A DNA stretch of 64,000 nt, from positions 1-64,000 of the forward strand of contig JBHLRZ010000001.1 of the NCBI GenBank assembly GCA_048882045.1, given 5' to 3'. Below the pieces are notes generated by a model. That model was not told the origin of the DNA and ran no database searches. It saw only the letters and a list, made by a program, of their open reading frames with translations. Of the stretch, positions 19,266-29,384 are shown piece after piece (the stretch's first letter is position 1; each line of letters starts with the position of its first letter). Both the position numbers and the translations under genes were made by a program. Source of the DNA: Candidatus Thorarchaeota archaeon. GTDB lineage: Archaea > Asgardarchaeota > Thorarchaeia > Thorarchaeales > Thorarchaeaceae.

Positions 19266-20672
19266 ATGAGTAGCACCTTGACATCTGAGTTTAGAAAACA
19301 GTCAAGAGGCGTAGTAGACCTCGTAGTGAGGAATGCCCGACTCCTCTTAGAGTCAGGGGAAACACGAGGAGGGATAGGAGTTTCTGATGGGAAGATAGTT
19401 GTCATTGCCACTGACGAACACCTTCCTGATGCTTCAAAGGTGATTGATGCAGAGGGTAAAATCCTAATGCCTGGACTCATTGATGCACATGCTCACATTC
19501 ATGATCCGTCGATGTTGGAACATGAGGACTTTACCACCGGGTCACAGGCTGCTGCTGCAGGGGGAATCACAACTATCATTGACATGCCATTGACAAACCA
19601 AGTCGACTCGATAGAGGTGGTTGACGAGAAGATTGCTCAGGGAGAGTCTATGAGTGTCATTGATTTCTCGTTTTATGGAGGCATGATGAACTCCGACAAT
19701 ATGGGCATAATCCCAGACCTGATTCAAAAGGGAGTTGCCGCTTTCAAGGCGTTTACCTGCGAACCGTATGAAACCAATAGAGGAGTGATAGTGAAGTGTC
19801 TGAGCGAGGTCTCGGAGTACGGAGGTCATCTCACAGTACATGCAGAGGACCAAGGGGTGCTTGATGAGTTTTCAAAAGAGATGGACGGGAACTGGGATGC
19901 ACCCATAAGTCACTCACTGGCAAGACCCAACATTGCAGAAGAATTAGCTATCAGGTCTTGTATTGACATTGTCGAGAAGACAGGAGGGCATCTGCACATT
20001 GCTCATGTGACGACCAAAGAGGGAGTTCTGGAAATAGAAAAGGCAAGACTTAGAGGGAATATGGTGACCACAGAGGTCTGTCCACACCACTTGGTCTTCT
20101 TCCGGGATGACATGAATAGACTGGGGCCAAAGAGTAAGATGAATCCTCCATTGAGAACAAAGGAGGACAGAGCTGCATTGTGGTCAGCATTCCTAAGAGG
20201 ATCCATTGACATGGTAGTAAGCGACCATGCACCATGTCCAATCGAGAAGAAAGAGGCTGGCTCAGAGGACATTCGAGAAGCATGGTCTGGAATTGATGGA
20301 ACACAGATGATTCTTAGAGTTCTCCTTTCAGAAGGGATCAACAAGGGGAGGTTGCCTCTCTCACGTCTGTTAAGAGTTGGTTCTAGAAATCCTTCAAGGA
20401 TGTTCGGACTCTATCCAAAGAAAGGAGTTCTACGGATAGGTTCGGACGCAGACTTTGTAATTGTTGATCAGACAAGAGAAGAGAAGATCACAGCAGACAT
20501 GATGTTCTCCAAGAGTGGCTGGACTCTCTATGATGGAATGATGATGAAGGGTGTTCCACTGATGACTTTTTCAAGGGGATTGCAGGTGTACAAAGAAGGA
20601 GAGATTACAGGAAAAGCAGGACACGGAAGATTCCAAGCAATGGGGAGCGGAAGCAGACCTGACGGAGAGTAA
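19266..20672 (+). CDS. Cyclic amidohydrolase (allantoinase/dihydropyrimidinase/dihydroorotase family)
   Basis: PGLIDAHAH, AAAAGGITT, FKAF, VHAED, HIAHV, EVCPHHL, KMNPPLR, SDHAP. Confidence 0.88.
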   Translation: MSSTLTSEFRKQSRGVVDLVVRNARLLLESGETRGGIGVSDGKIVVIATDEHLPDASKVIDAEGKILMPGLIDAHAHIHDPSMLEHEDFTTGSQAAAAGGITTIIDMPLTNQVDSIEVVDEKIAQGESMSVIDFSFYGGMMNSDNMGIIPDLIQKGVAAFKAFTCEPYETNRGVIVKCLSEVSEYGGHLTVHAEDQGVLDEFSKEMDGNWDAPISHSLARPNIAEELAIRSCIDIVEKTGGHLHIAHVTTKEGVLEIEKARLRGNMVTTEVCPHHLVFFRDDMNRLGPKSKMNPPLRTKEDRAALWSAFLRGSIDMVVSDHAPCPIEKKEAGSEDIREAWSGIDGTQMILRVLLSEGINKGRLPLSRLLRVGSRNPSRMFGLYPKKGVLRIGSDADFVIVDQTREEKITADMMFSKSGWTLYDGMMMKGVPLMTFSRGLQVYKEGEITGKAGHGRFQAMGSGSRPDGE

Positions 20673-20677
20673 AAGCC

Positions 20678-21166
20678 TTGGCCGAACTGAAGTTTGTATT
20701 TGGTGACCCTCGCGTGTGCTCTGGATGTATGACCTGTTCGAACACATGTAGTATGTATTATTACAAGGTGATTAGCCCAGAACGCGCACGGAACAGAGTC
20801 GTGAGAATTGAACCAGCTCTCGACTTTCCTCTCTTCTGTAGGAACTGCGAAGATACTCCGTGCTTGGCAGCATGTCCAGAACAAGCCATATCTCGGACCT
20901 CAAAGGGGATTGTTATCATCAACAACAAGAAATGCGTCGGTCATGGAGAGTGTGTCAAGGCTTGTCAATACTATGCAATTAGAATCCATCCAGACACTGG
21001 AAAGGCGTTCAAGTGCATTCAGTGTGGGCAGTGTGTGGATCGTTGCCCCGCCGATGCTATTTGGATTACAACCGAGAAGGAGCTCGCTGAGAAGGACAAG
21101 GATGGAAGTATTATGGCACTCTATGACGAGTATAAAGATGAGATCTATGCAAAGGAGGGGTGGTAA
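20678..21166 (+). CDS. 4Fe-4S dicluster electron-transfer subunit of AOR-family enzyme
   Basis: CSGCMTCSNTC, CRNCEDTPCLAACP, CVGHGECVKAC, CIQCGQCVDRCP. Confidence 0.88.
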   Translation: MAELKFVFGDPRVCSGCMTCSNTCSMYYYKVISPERARNRVVRIEPALDFPLFCRNCEDTPCLAACPEQAISRTSKGIVIINNKKCVGHGECVKACQYYAIRIHPDTGKAFKCIQCGQCVDRCPADAIWITTEKELAEKDKDGSIMALYDEYKDEIYAKEGW

Positions 21167-23040
21167 TGATATACGGAGTTGGTGGACACATTCTGTGGGT
21201 GGACCTTACCAAGGGATCCATTGAGAAGAGGCCATTGGAAGAGGACATGGTCGAGGAATATCTTCTCGGGGCAGGATATCTTTCTCGGACACTCTTTGAT
21301 CATATACCTGTTGGAATCGACCCGTTTAGCGACAAGAATGTCCTAGGGATTGCTACAGGTCTTCTCACGGGTTCTATGTTCCCACAGGCTTCAAGACATG
21401 TTGTTGCAGGCCTCTCGCCACTCACTGAAGTCTGGGGTGAGAGCCATGCAGCTGGATTCTGGGGTGCAGAACTGAAGTTTGCGGGATATGACGCCATCAT
21501 CTTCACTGGGGCATCATCAGACCCGGTCTATCTGAATATCAAGGATGATGTCGTAGAGCTATTGGATGCAGAGGCTGTAGGTGTTTGGGGGAAAAATGTC
21601 TTTGAAACAGATGACATCCTGAAGCAGAAGCATGGGAAGAGGTGCAGGACACTTGCGATTGGACAGGCTGGAGAGAACCGGGTCAGGTTTGCCGCTGTGA
21701 TGAACGACAGAGACCGAGCCTCAGCACGCTCGGGACTCGGAGCTGTGATGGGCGCAAAGAAGATCAAAGCGGTTTCAGTCAGAGGAACTGGAAAGCTGGA
21801 AGTTGCAGAACCCAAGATATACCTAAAGGAGATAGATGTGCTTCACAAGCGAATGATGGCTAATCCATTCATGGAGGGTCGTGTGAAGTATGGAACCACG
21901 AGTCTTGTTGAACTTATGCAACACATAGGAAGGCTACCCAGCTACAATATGAAACAAGGAGTATTTGATGGATTCGAGAAGATAAGCGGCGATGCAATCA
22001 ATCAGAAGTACCTGGTCAAAGCCAGAGCTGACTTTTCCTGCTTGCAACGTTGCGGGAGGTATACAGCTGTTAGGACAGGTCCTTATGCATATGAGGGCGG
22101 AGCACCAGAGTTTGAAACCCAGTCATCCATGGGATCAAGATGTGGAAATGACAACTTGGAGTCAGTACTCTTCGGACATCATCTGGCTAATCAGTACGGG
22201 ATGGACACGATCTCTCTAGGAGCCACGATATCGTGGGCAATGGAAGCGTGGGATGAAGGTCTACTCACTGCCGACGACACCGGAGGAATTGACCTCAGTT
22301 GGGGTAATCATGAAACTGTTGTCAAACTGACCAAGATGATAGCTTTACGAGAGGGGTTCGGCGATGTGCTGGCAGAGGGTAGTGCACGTGCCGCCCAGAG
22401 GATTGGCAGGGGAACTGAGAAGTTCGTCATGGCTGTGAAAAAACAGGAAATTGCTGGTCAAGAACCGAGAGCGCAGAAGTCCATGGGACTTGCTGCAGTG
22501 ACAGCAGCACGAGGAGCTGACCACCTATACTCATTCCCAGTCCTTGATGAAGCTGGATTTGATGATGAAATCAAGGAACGTTTCGGAAAACAATACCTAC
22601 CAGAGATTGCAGACCGCCTCAATCCAAAGTACAAGGGTCTCATGGTGAAGGAGTGCGAAGACTTTATGGTCATGGTAGAGAGTGTGGGTCTCTGTAAGTA
22701 TGGCACACAGATCCCTCCTGAGTTCTTCTATGACGATGTTGCATTGGCTCTGAGAATTCACAACGGTCTCGAGGTCACTCGTGAAGATCTTCAGACAATC
22801 GGAGAACGAATTGTGAATCTCAACAGGCTGTTCAATGCTAGACTCGGTATCACAAGAAAGGATGACTGTCTGCCTGAGAGACTCACCCAGGAGAAGGCTC
22901 CGCTGGGACCTTCAGCTGGAGAGGTTGTCGAGATAGACCAGATGCTTGACGAGTACTACACTGAACGTGGTTGGGACCTCAAAACAGGACTACCCTTGGA
23001 GGAAACTCTGAAGCGGTTGGGCCTTGAAAATGACACTTAG
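21166..23040 (+). CDS. Aldehyde:ferredoxin oxidoreductase family protein (second paralog)
   Basis: ESHAAG, SGLGAVMGAKKIKA, PEFET, GMDTISLG, RGADHL. Confidence 0.93.
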   Translation: MIYGVGGHILWVDLTKGSIEKRPLEEDMVEEYLLGAGYLSRTLFDHIPVGIDPFSDKNVLGIATGLLTGSMFPQASRHVVAGLSPLTEVWGESHAAGFWGAELKFAGYDAIIFTGASSDPVYLNIKDDVVELLDAEAVGVWGKNVFETDDILKQKHGKRCRTLAIGQAGENRVRFAAVMNDRDRASARSGLGAVMGAKKIKAVSVRGTGKLEVAEPKIYLKEIDVLHKRMMANPFMEGRVKYGTTSLVELMQHIGRLPSYNMKQGVFDGFEKISGDAINQKYLVKARADFSCLQRCGRYTAVRTGPYAYEGGAPEFETQSSMGSRCGNDNLESVLFGHHLANQYGMDTISLGATISWAMEAWDEGLLTADDTGGIDLSWGNHETVVKLTKMIALREGFGDVLAEGSARAAQRIGRGTEKFVMAVKKQEIAGQEPRAQKSMGLAAVTAARGADHLYSFPVLDEAGFDDEIKERFGKQYLPEIADRLNPKYKGLMVKECEDFMVMVESVGLCKYGTQIPPEFFYDDVALALRIHNGLEVTREDLQTIGERIVNLNRLFNARLGITRKDDCLPERLTQEKAPLGPSAGEVVEIDQMLDEYYTERGWDLKTGLPLEETLKRLGLENDT

Positions 23041-23041
23041 A

Positions 23042-23278
23042 CTAATCACATGTGGCACATACATTTGTAATGGTGTCCTTGACACCATCCACCCTCCTCA
23101 AGTCGTTTACCACAAATGAGCTCAGTGCCTCAGGTGTCTTGAAGACGCATTTGATCAGTAGGTCGTACGCCCCATAGATGAGATAGGCCTCTTCAACTTC
23201 ATCGAGATTTCGCACTTGGTCTAGTATTGCTCGTGACTTCGTTGACTCGACCTTGGCCATTATGAATGCGATAATCAT
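23042..23278 (-). CDS. Lrp/AsnC ligand-binding (stand-alone RAM) domain protein
   Basis: VEEAYLIYGAYDLLIK...LRRVDGVKDTIT; 78 aa, no HTH. Confidence 0.85.
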   Translation of the reverse strand: MIIAFIMAKVESTKSRAILDQVRNLDEVEEAYLIYGAYDLLIKCVFKTPEALSSFVVNDLRRVDGVKDTITNVCATCD

Positions 23279-23403
23279 TCTGAAACACCGTTAATGTACC
23301 ACATTCTTAACCACGCATAAAACTCTTGCTTAATCTATGAATTGCACAATTCATAGACTATTCTTACGATTCCAAGACCCTCCGTATAAAGAAGGTTAGA
23401 TTG

Positions 23404-24696
23404 TTAGATTCTATTCAGCCTTAGATGATATGAGGTCCCAGTCACACTGAGGTCTTCGACATTGTCCGAAACTACGAAGGGAATTCCGCAAAGAGAGGTG
23501 ATGCCCTTAATAAGAAGCACTCCAAGGCCAACAAGAGGGCGGTCTGAGCGGGATAGGCCATTTTGTGAGTTCAGGAAGTTCTTAATCCCTTCAGGAAGTC
23601 CATCACCTCTGTCACTGATCACTAGTTCAATGCCATTGGAAGGAGCTTCTCGACACTTGACAGAAATTGAAGGGCTTCCATGTTTGAAAGCATTATCAAA
23701 GATGTTCCATAGAAGTTCATCTATCAATCTAGAGTGTTCAATCATGATGTGTTCTGGAATTTGGATTTGAACCTGTTCCAGCGCAAGTTTGTACTCTTTA
23801 ATTACTCGTTCCTTAGCTTTCTCTACAGTTACCAAAAGGAGAATGTTCTCCTTGGGTGCCTTAAACTGGCTGATCGATACAGAGATATCTCGCATCTCAT
23901 CCACAAAATGACCGGCATCTGTTAAGACCTCTGTAGCGATGTTGATCCAATGGTTCTCTATGATGTCATTCCTCTCTGTGAGCTCAAGAGCATGTTGAGC
24001 GGTCTGGATATAGTTCCGGATGTCGTGCTGGACAAGACCGGCGATGACCTGTGATATTTGGTACTGTGTTTCGAGATCATTGGTGACTGTTCTTGTGAAG
24101 AGTGTAAGCATTGATGATCCCGCAATGATGACTCCAAGAGCTTGTAGGATTATGAAGAACTGGAAGAGTTCAAAATCAAGTATTGTTAGAGGCGCGACAA
24201 GCCAAGACGCCGCCCAGAGCAGGAACCCAATGACAAGCCACCAGTTTGCTATTTTTCCAACATTCTCAAAGCCAATTACTATTCGAGAAGATGCAACACA
24301 GACATAGATGATATAGAAGCCCAAAGGCATGAAGACATACTGAAATCCAATGTTGAAGAGAAGTCCTAGAGATAGTAGGCATGCAAAAAAGATGCTTCCA
24401 ACCAGATAGAACTGCAATCTCTTCCTTGTCAGCTGTGTTGCACGTAATCCATCTAGGATGAGTGTGCCTCCGATGAACATAGTGGTTATTGCAATGACGT
24501 CAAGAGGAGAGAGACCTGCTGCTGATGATGCAAATCCTCCTTGTAGTGCTCCAACAGTGTAGACCAACCAACCTGCTGCCCAAATTCTATATCCCTGTCT
24601 CTTTGAGTAGCGAATCAGACCCCATAAAACAGTCGCATAGAACGTGATGAATGCAAAGTATAGAACCATTTCCATCACAAGTTCTGTTGCCTGCAT
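23404..24696 (-). CDS. Membrane-bound (about 7 TM) sensor histidine kinase
   Basis: Multiple N-terminal TMs; H-box VQHDIRNY, NIFDNAFKHG, SDRGDGL, GLGVLL. Confidence 0.85.
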   Translation of the reverse strand: MQATELVMEMVLYFAFITFYATVLWGLIRYSKRQGYRIWAAGWLVYTVGALQGGFASSAAGLSPLDVIAITTMFIGGTLILDGLRATQLTRKRLQFYLVGSIFFACLLSLGLLFNIGFQYVFMPLGFYIIYVCVASSRIVIGFENVGKIANWWLVIGFLLWAASWLVAPLTILDFELFQFFIILQALGVIIAGSSMLTLFTRTVTNDLETQYQISQVIAGLVQHDIRNYIQTAQHALELTERNDIIENHWINIATEVLTDAGHFVDEMRDISVSISQFKAPKENILLLVTVEKAKERVIKEYKLALEQVQIQIPEHIMIEHSRLIDELLWNIFDNAFKHGSPSISVKCREAPSNGIELVISDRGDGLPEGIKNFLNSQNGLSRSDRPLVGLGVLLIKGITSLCGIPFVVSDNVEDLSVTGTSYHLRLNRI

Positions 24697-24919
24697 CAAA
24701 TTGAAACTCCACCAAGTCAGTTTTTCAAACACGGTCTAACAAAAATCGAATCTGAAAGTACAGATATAGATAGTTATGACATATTCTCACAATTTTACTG
24801 GATTATTTGACCAAGATTATACAAATTTGATTGCAGGGTCTGGCGAGTTTCTGTCACATTCTGGAATGCTACGATAGAACTATGAGTGTGTTTCTCATCC
24901 AGAGTTGAAGGTTAGGAAC

Positions 24920-25582
24920 ATGAAGCTTGGAGAACTAATTGATGAGGAACACTTTCCATTCTGGGGATTTGCAGGATCCATTGTTGGTCTTGTCTTTATT
25001 GTGACTCCGCAGTTCTTCTATACAGGAACTCTCGGAGAGCCCTTTTCAATGTTCAACCACGCTGTTTCGGAACTTGGAGAGCTGGGAGTGTCAGAACTGG
25101 CTTGGATGTTCAATAGTGGAATGTTCCTAGCGGGGATTCTCTATATTCCTTTCATGGTTGGACTTGGATTGTATCTTGACAACATCATCAGCAAGATAGC
25201 TGCCATCGGGGGAGTGTATTCAGCAGTGTCTATAGTATTGGTCGGAGTATATCCAATGAACTACATGTACCAGCATTCCGTGGCTGCGATTTCATTCTTT
25301 CTCAGTGGCATGGTCATGACTCTCCTTTGGGCAATAGCAATCCTTGTCCAGAAAGAGGTCCGAATTCACAAGGGCATGGCATTAGGCGGATTCATCAACA
25401 TGACTGTGTTTGCACTCTTCCTATTTGGGCCATGGGAGAGTTTGGGAGGACCAAGACCAGAGTTTTCAATGAGACTGACCCTTGAATGGGCGATATTCTG
25501 GGTAATCGTTGGATATTTGCTGGCTCTGACCATCTATGTTTGGAGAAAAGAGAGGAGTCCGGTGTCAGACTCACTACTCTAA
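24920..25582 (+). CDS. DUF998-like membrane protein
   Basis: NHAVSELG...FNSG, GVYPM..H motifs; 5-6 TMs. Confidence 0.7.
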   Translation: MKLGELIDEEHFPFWGFAGSIVGLVFIVTPQFFYTGTLGEPFSMFNHAVSELGELGVSELAWMFNSGMFLAGILYIPFMVGLGLYLDNIISKIAAIGGVYSAVSIVLVGVYPMNYMYQHSVAAISFFLSGMVMTLLWAIAILVQKEVRIHKGMALGGFINMTVFALFLFGPWESLGGPRPEFSMRLTLEWAIFWVIVGYLLALTIYVWRKERSPVSDSLL

Positions 25583-28474
25583 GAATAATGAAACTCGACC
25601 CGGAAGTGCAAAACGTGCCTTGTTTTGTGGGTCATATTCAGTGCTTTCAGGGGCGTGAATGACAATTTCAAGGCCCAACTCTGAACCCATATAGGTTGCT
25701 GAGTCTTGTAACGCAGTCATCTCAGCCTTTGAGCTGAGAGCATAGTCCCAAAGACCATTCTCTTTGGCAATACGATCTACAATGCCCTTGACCTGTTTCC
25801 CATGTTTCCTAAACTCATCATCAGACATCAAATACTTCATTATGTCTCCGACGATAATCGGCAGGTTGGCTTTCCGAATACTGTTCATGGCCTTGAACAT
25901 CCATTCAGGAGCAATGTAGACATGTGCCTTCGTGGGTTTCTTGTCCTTCAGCAGCTTCACAATCTCTCGAATGTCTTTGACCGTGGATTCCACCACCTCT
26001 TGAGCCCTCTCAATTGATGGATCAATCAGATTCTTGTCAGCTATTGGCCAGTCAGCCAGTGAAACATAGCCATCACCATTCATTTTGGACCAGAATTCTT
26101 CACTCGTGTGGGGAATCATAGGTGCAGTCAAACGAACCCATTTTTCGCACACATATCCCATTGTTCCCTCTAGTTCCTCCTTGGGCACATTTCGTTTCTC
26201 ATATTGACTGATTGATCGAATCATTTCAGACAGGACTGTGATTGCGTAGTCACGTATCTTGAAGTTGTCCAGATGGTCGGTACACTCTTGAATAATGGAG
26301 TTCACACGAGATAGGATCCATCGAGTGATAGTGGTTGCGTTCTCCTTCTTAGTAAACACTCTAGGTGTCTTCTTTGAGTACTTCTTCATGATTTCCTTGA
26401 ACTGACGTATACGGTTCCGTACAGTCGGGACGTCTTTCTCCCGCCAGTCCATCAGTGTTGCAGGTTCCGCAGCTGACAATACATAGGTCCTGAAGACATC
26501 CGCTCCATGTGTCTTAGGAATCTCTCCTAGGGGTATGGTATTCCCCTTACTCTTGGACATCTTTCTGCCTTCCATATTCATATGTTCATTCAGACTAATA
26601 CATTGTATCCAGTGCTTCTTTGGGAATATCGCAACATGATGAAAGATTGCGAAGCTCAAGTGATTGGAGATGTGTGACGGGGCAGTATGTCTTTGGTCGT
26701 TGGGATACCAATACAGAAACTCATCACGCATCGACTTCAGGAGATTGGATGAAACGCCTGTTTCTTTCTCCACTTTCTCCACCTTTCCTTTGCCTAGAAA
26801 GACGTGGTCAAAGAAACTCAGTGTCAGTTGTTCTGGTTTCAATTTGTTCTGAGTGATTTTGTGAGAAATTGTGTAGAAAGCCATGTATATAGTGGAGTCA
26901 GACAGAGCTTCTATTATCCAGTCTGGATCAAATGGAAGTGGCGTCCCGATTCCCCTCTTCCTTGCACAAGGCCGCTGGGCTAACCAGTCGAAGGTTGACT
27001 CGAACAAAATGCGGAAGTTTTTCGGGATGATTTCCATGGAGTTTAACGCATCCCATGCTTTGTCTTTCCAACCAGGGCTCTCATAGTCCAAGAACCATTG
27101 TCCAGCTAGAACTGCAATCTGCACATCCGTACCACATTTGCAGATGACTGGTCGTTCATCGGGTTCAAAGAAAACATCACCTCTATTTTGTGACTTTAGC
27201 CATTCAACGACATCATCCTTTACTTCACTGACCTTTTTGCCTGCAAAGGGACCGCAGTTGGCCATCATGGTTCCTTCATAGTACTCGGCCTTGTAGACCT
27301 CTTGGGTTGCCTCTTCAAGCTTCTCACCATCATTTTGAGACTCCACACCGATTTTTTCTACAACATCCTTCGTCAGGAACTCGCTGCCACCCTCAATAGA
27401 TATCATCATGACAATCTCAATATCACGTACATCGTCGGGTGAGATCCCGTATTTTTTCAGTGCCGACGGGTCCTCCCACAGGTCTCTTAGTGCAATGTAG
27501 TCAAAGGGAGCATGCCCAGGTACTGAGTAGACAACACCTGTTGCATTGGTTACATCGACAAAGTCAGCAGGCAGAATCAGCTTGCTACTCTCGTCGTGGA
27601 CTGTTTTGAATGTCTTTCCAATCAACTTGGAGCCTGAAAATGTTTCCAAGACTTCAATCTCTTTCGCTTGTAGCTTCAACTTCTCTGCAGCTATGGATGA
27701 AACAATCCACTTTTCACCATTCACATTAGCTTTGACATACTCTTCCGATGGATTGATCCACAAGTTCGTAATGCCGAACGTGGTTTCAGGTCTCAGTGTT
27801 GCGGCAATCAGAAATCCATCCTCGAAAGGATATTTGATTGTAGTAAACTCTTTGACCTTCGCCGTGGTGCCTTCTAACAAATCATCTTCGCCAACGGGAT
27901 TCCCACAATTTGGACAGTACAGTAATGGATAGGATCCCTTCTTGATGTAACCCAAGTCCATGAACTTCTGATATTGCCAAGTGATGAACTGATTGTAGAT
28001 ATCGTCACCTGTGGTGAAATTGCGACGCCAATCGATGCCATAACCTAGAGCCTTGAAATCCTTCAAAATAACATCTGCGAAGAATTTGACCGTCACCCAC
28101 GGGTCTGTGAACTTCTTCAGCTGAGCCTGAATTTTTTCCTCATCGTCCATATATACACGCATGTCTCGTGTGTACGATTCAATAGCAAATGGATCTCCAT
28201 TCTCTAGTCTATCAACCATTCCTAGAATAGGTGTTCCAGTTATATGGGATGCCATCGGGAACAATACATTATATCCTTGCATTCGCTTGTAACGAGCTAT
28301 TAAATCTCCCAAAGTATACGTTCGGCCATGACCCATGTGCAGTGCACCGTTAGGATATGGATATGGAACGGTAAGAAAGAACTTCTTTCTTTTAGGGTCG
28401 GGGTCAGCCTCAAAGATTCTGTCTTTGCTCCATCGTTTTTGCCATTTCTGCTCGATTTTAGCGAAGTCACTCAT
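25574..28474 (-). CDS. leuS: Leucyl-tRNA synthetase (archaeal/eukaryotic type)
   Basis: PYPYPNGALHMGH (HIGH), ATLRPET, KMSKSKGN, CP1 editing SVPGHAPFDY. Confidence 0.96.
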   Translation of the reverse strand: MSDFAKIEQKWQKRWSKDRIFEADPDPKRKKFFLTVPYPYPNGALHMGHGRTYTLGDLIARYKRMQGYNVLFPMASHITGTPILGMVDRLENGDPFAIESYTRDMRVYMDDEEKIQAQLKKFTDPWVTVKFFADVILKDFKALGYGIDWRRNFTTGDDIYNQFITWQYQKFMDLGYIKKGSYPLLYCPNCGNPVGEDDLLEGTTAKVKEFTTIKYPFEDGFLIAATLRPETTFGITNLWINPSEEYVKANVNGEKWIVSSIAAEKLKLQAKEIEVLETFSGSKLIGKTFKTVHDESSKLILPADFVDVTNATGVVYSVPGHAPFDYIALRDLWEDPSALKKYGISPDDVRDIEIVMMISIEGGSEFLTKDVVEKIGVESQNDGEKLEEATQEVYKAEYYEGTMMANCGPFAGKKVSEVKDDVVEWLKSQNRGDVFFEPDERPVICKCGTDVQIAVLAGQWFLDYESPGWKDKAWDALNSMEIIPKNFRILFESTFDWLAQRPCARKRGIGTPLPFDPDWIIEALSDSTIYMAFYTISHKITQNKLKPEQLTLSFFDHVFLGKGKVEKVEKETGVSSNLLKSMRDEFLYWYPNDQRHTAPSHISNHLSFAIFHHVAIFPKKHWIQCISLNEHMNMEGRKMSKSKGNTIPLGEIPKTHGADVFRTYVLSAAEPATLMDWREKDVPTVRNRIRQFKEIMKKYSKKTPRVFTKKENATTITRWILSRVNSIIQECTDHLDNFKIRDYAITVLSEMIRSISQYEKRNVPKEELEGTMGYVCEKWVRLTAPMIPHTSEEFWSKMNGDGYVSLADWPIADKNLIDPSIERAQEVVESTVKDIREIVKLLKDKKPTKAHVYIAPEWMFKAMNSIRKANLPIIVGDIMKYLMSDDEFRKHGKQVKGIVDRIAKENGLWDYALSSKAEMTALQDSATYMGSELGLEIVIHAPESTEYDPQNKARFALPGRVSLFLE

Positions 28475-28681
28475 GACTGATATCCTCCCTTGATGTTAAG
28501 GGACTGAAACTTTCCAAGATGGATTCCTCTATAAAGGACTCGCAAAAGGAGTGTCTGTTAGTTATCGAGAACCCGATCCATCCTGGTTCACTCTCTCCAT
28601 CCATGGTGTAAGGTCGCCCTTATTAGCCCTATGGTCAAATGGGATTGACTAGAAAAGACGAACTACTGAGTGTTTTGAAGC

Positions 28682-29308
28682 ATGGCCCGTCGAACCGAGT
28701 ATATGGATGTGCACAACAAACTACTCCCCTATACGGTAATTCATCTCTTCTTCCTAGGGCTTGAGCGGAAAGGTGATCTGAAGTCATACTGCGATGGAGC
28801 GAATGCTGCTGGCAGATGGATTTTTCAGATATTCAACAAGGAGTTTGTGAATGAGTTGGCACAGGTGCTCAACAGAGCTCTGGGTCGACGGAAAAAGAAA
28901 CCACCAGTCCTCGAAGTGATGAGTGGGGACGGACGACTCACTGAGTTTCTTCAGCCCTTACTCAAGAGGCAGATAATTGCGACTGACAGTAAGGATGGAC
29001 GCTACAACATTGGATATCCAAAGTGGGTTGAAACCATGGATGCCTTAGAAGCAGTAGAGAAGTATTCACCCTCCTTTGTGATCATGTGTTGGGAGCCCTA
29101 TCTCTCAATGACCGGAATTGAGATAGTGAATGAGGGGATTCCTCTCGCATGGATTGGAAATCCTGTCATGTGTGGTCACACCGACATCTTTGACCGACCT
29201 CACATTCCTCTCGAGAGTAAGCACGCTCTGAGCAGGCATGATTTCTTCGCTGAGAAAGAGTACAAATCAGACGTCTTCTTTTTCAACTGCAAACCAGATT
29301 GGATCTAA
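28682..29308 (+). CDS. Hypothetical protein with SAM-methyltransferase-like motif
   Basis: VLEVMSGDGRL...IATDS resembles class I MTase motifs I/II. Confidence 0.55.
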   Translation: MARRTEYMDVHNKLLPYTVIHLFFLGLERKGDLKSYCDGANAAGRWIFQIFNKEFVNELAQVLNRALGRRKKKPPVLEVMSGDGRLTEFLQPLLKRQIIATDSKDGRYNIGYPKWVETMDALEAVEKYSPSFVIMCWEPYLSMTGIEIVNEGIPLAWIGNPVMCGHTDIFDRPHIPLESKHALSRHDFFAEKEYKSDVFFFNCKPDWI

Positions 29309-29384
29309 TATTATTTCTAGGTCTTACACTGCTTCATATTTTTGTAGAATATAATCAACTCAGAAGTTGAAAGAAGGTGTTGTA

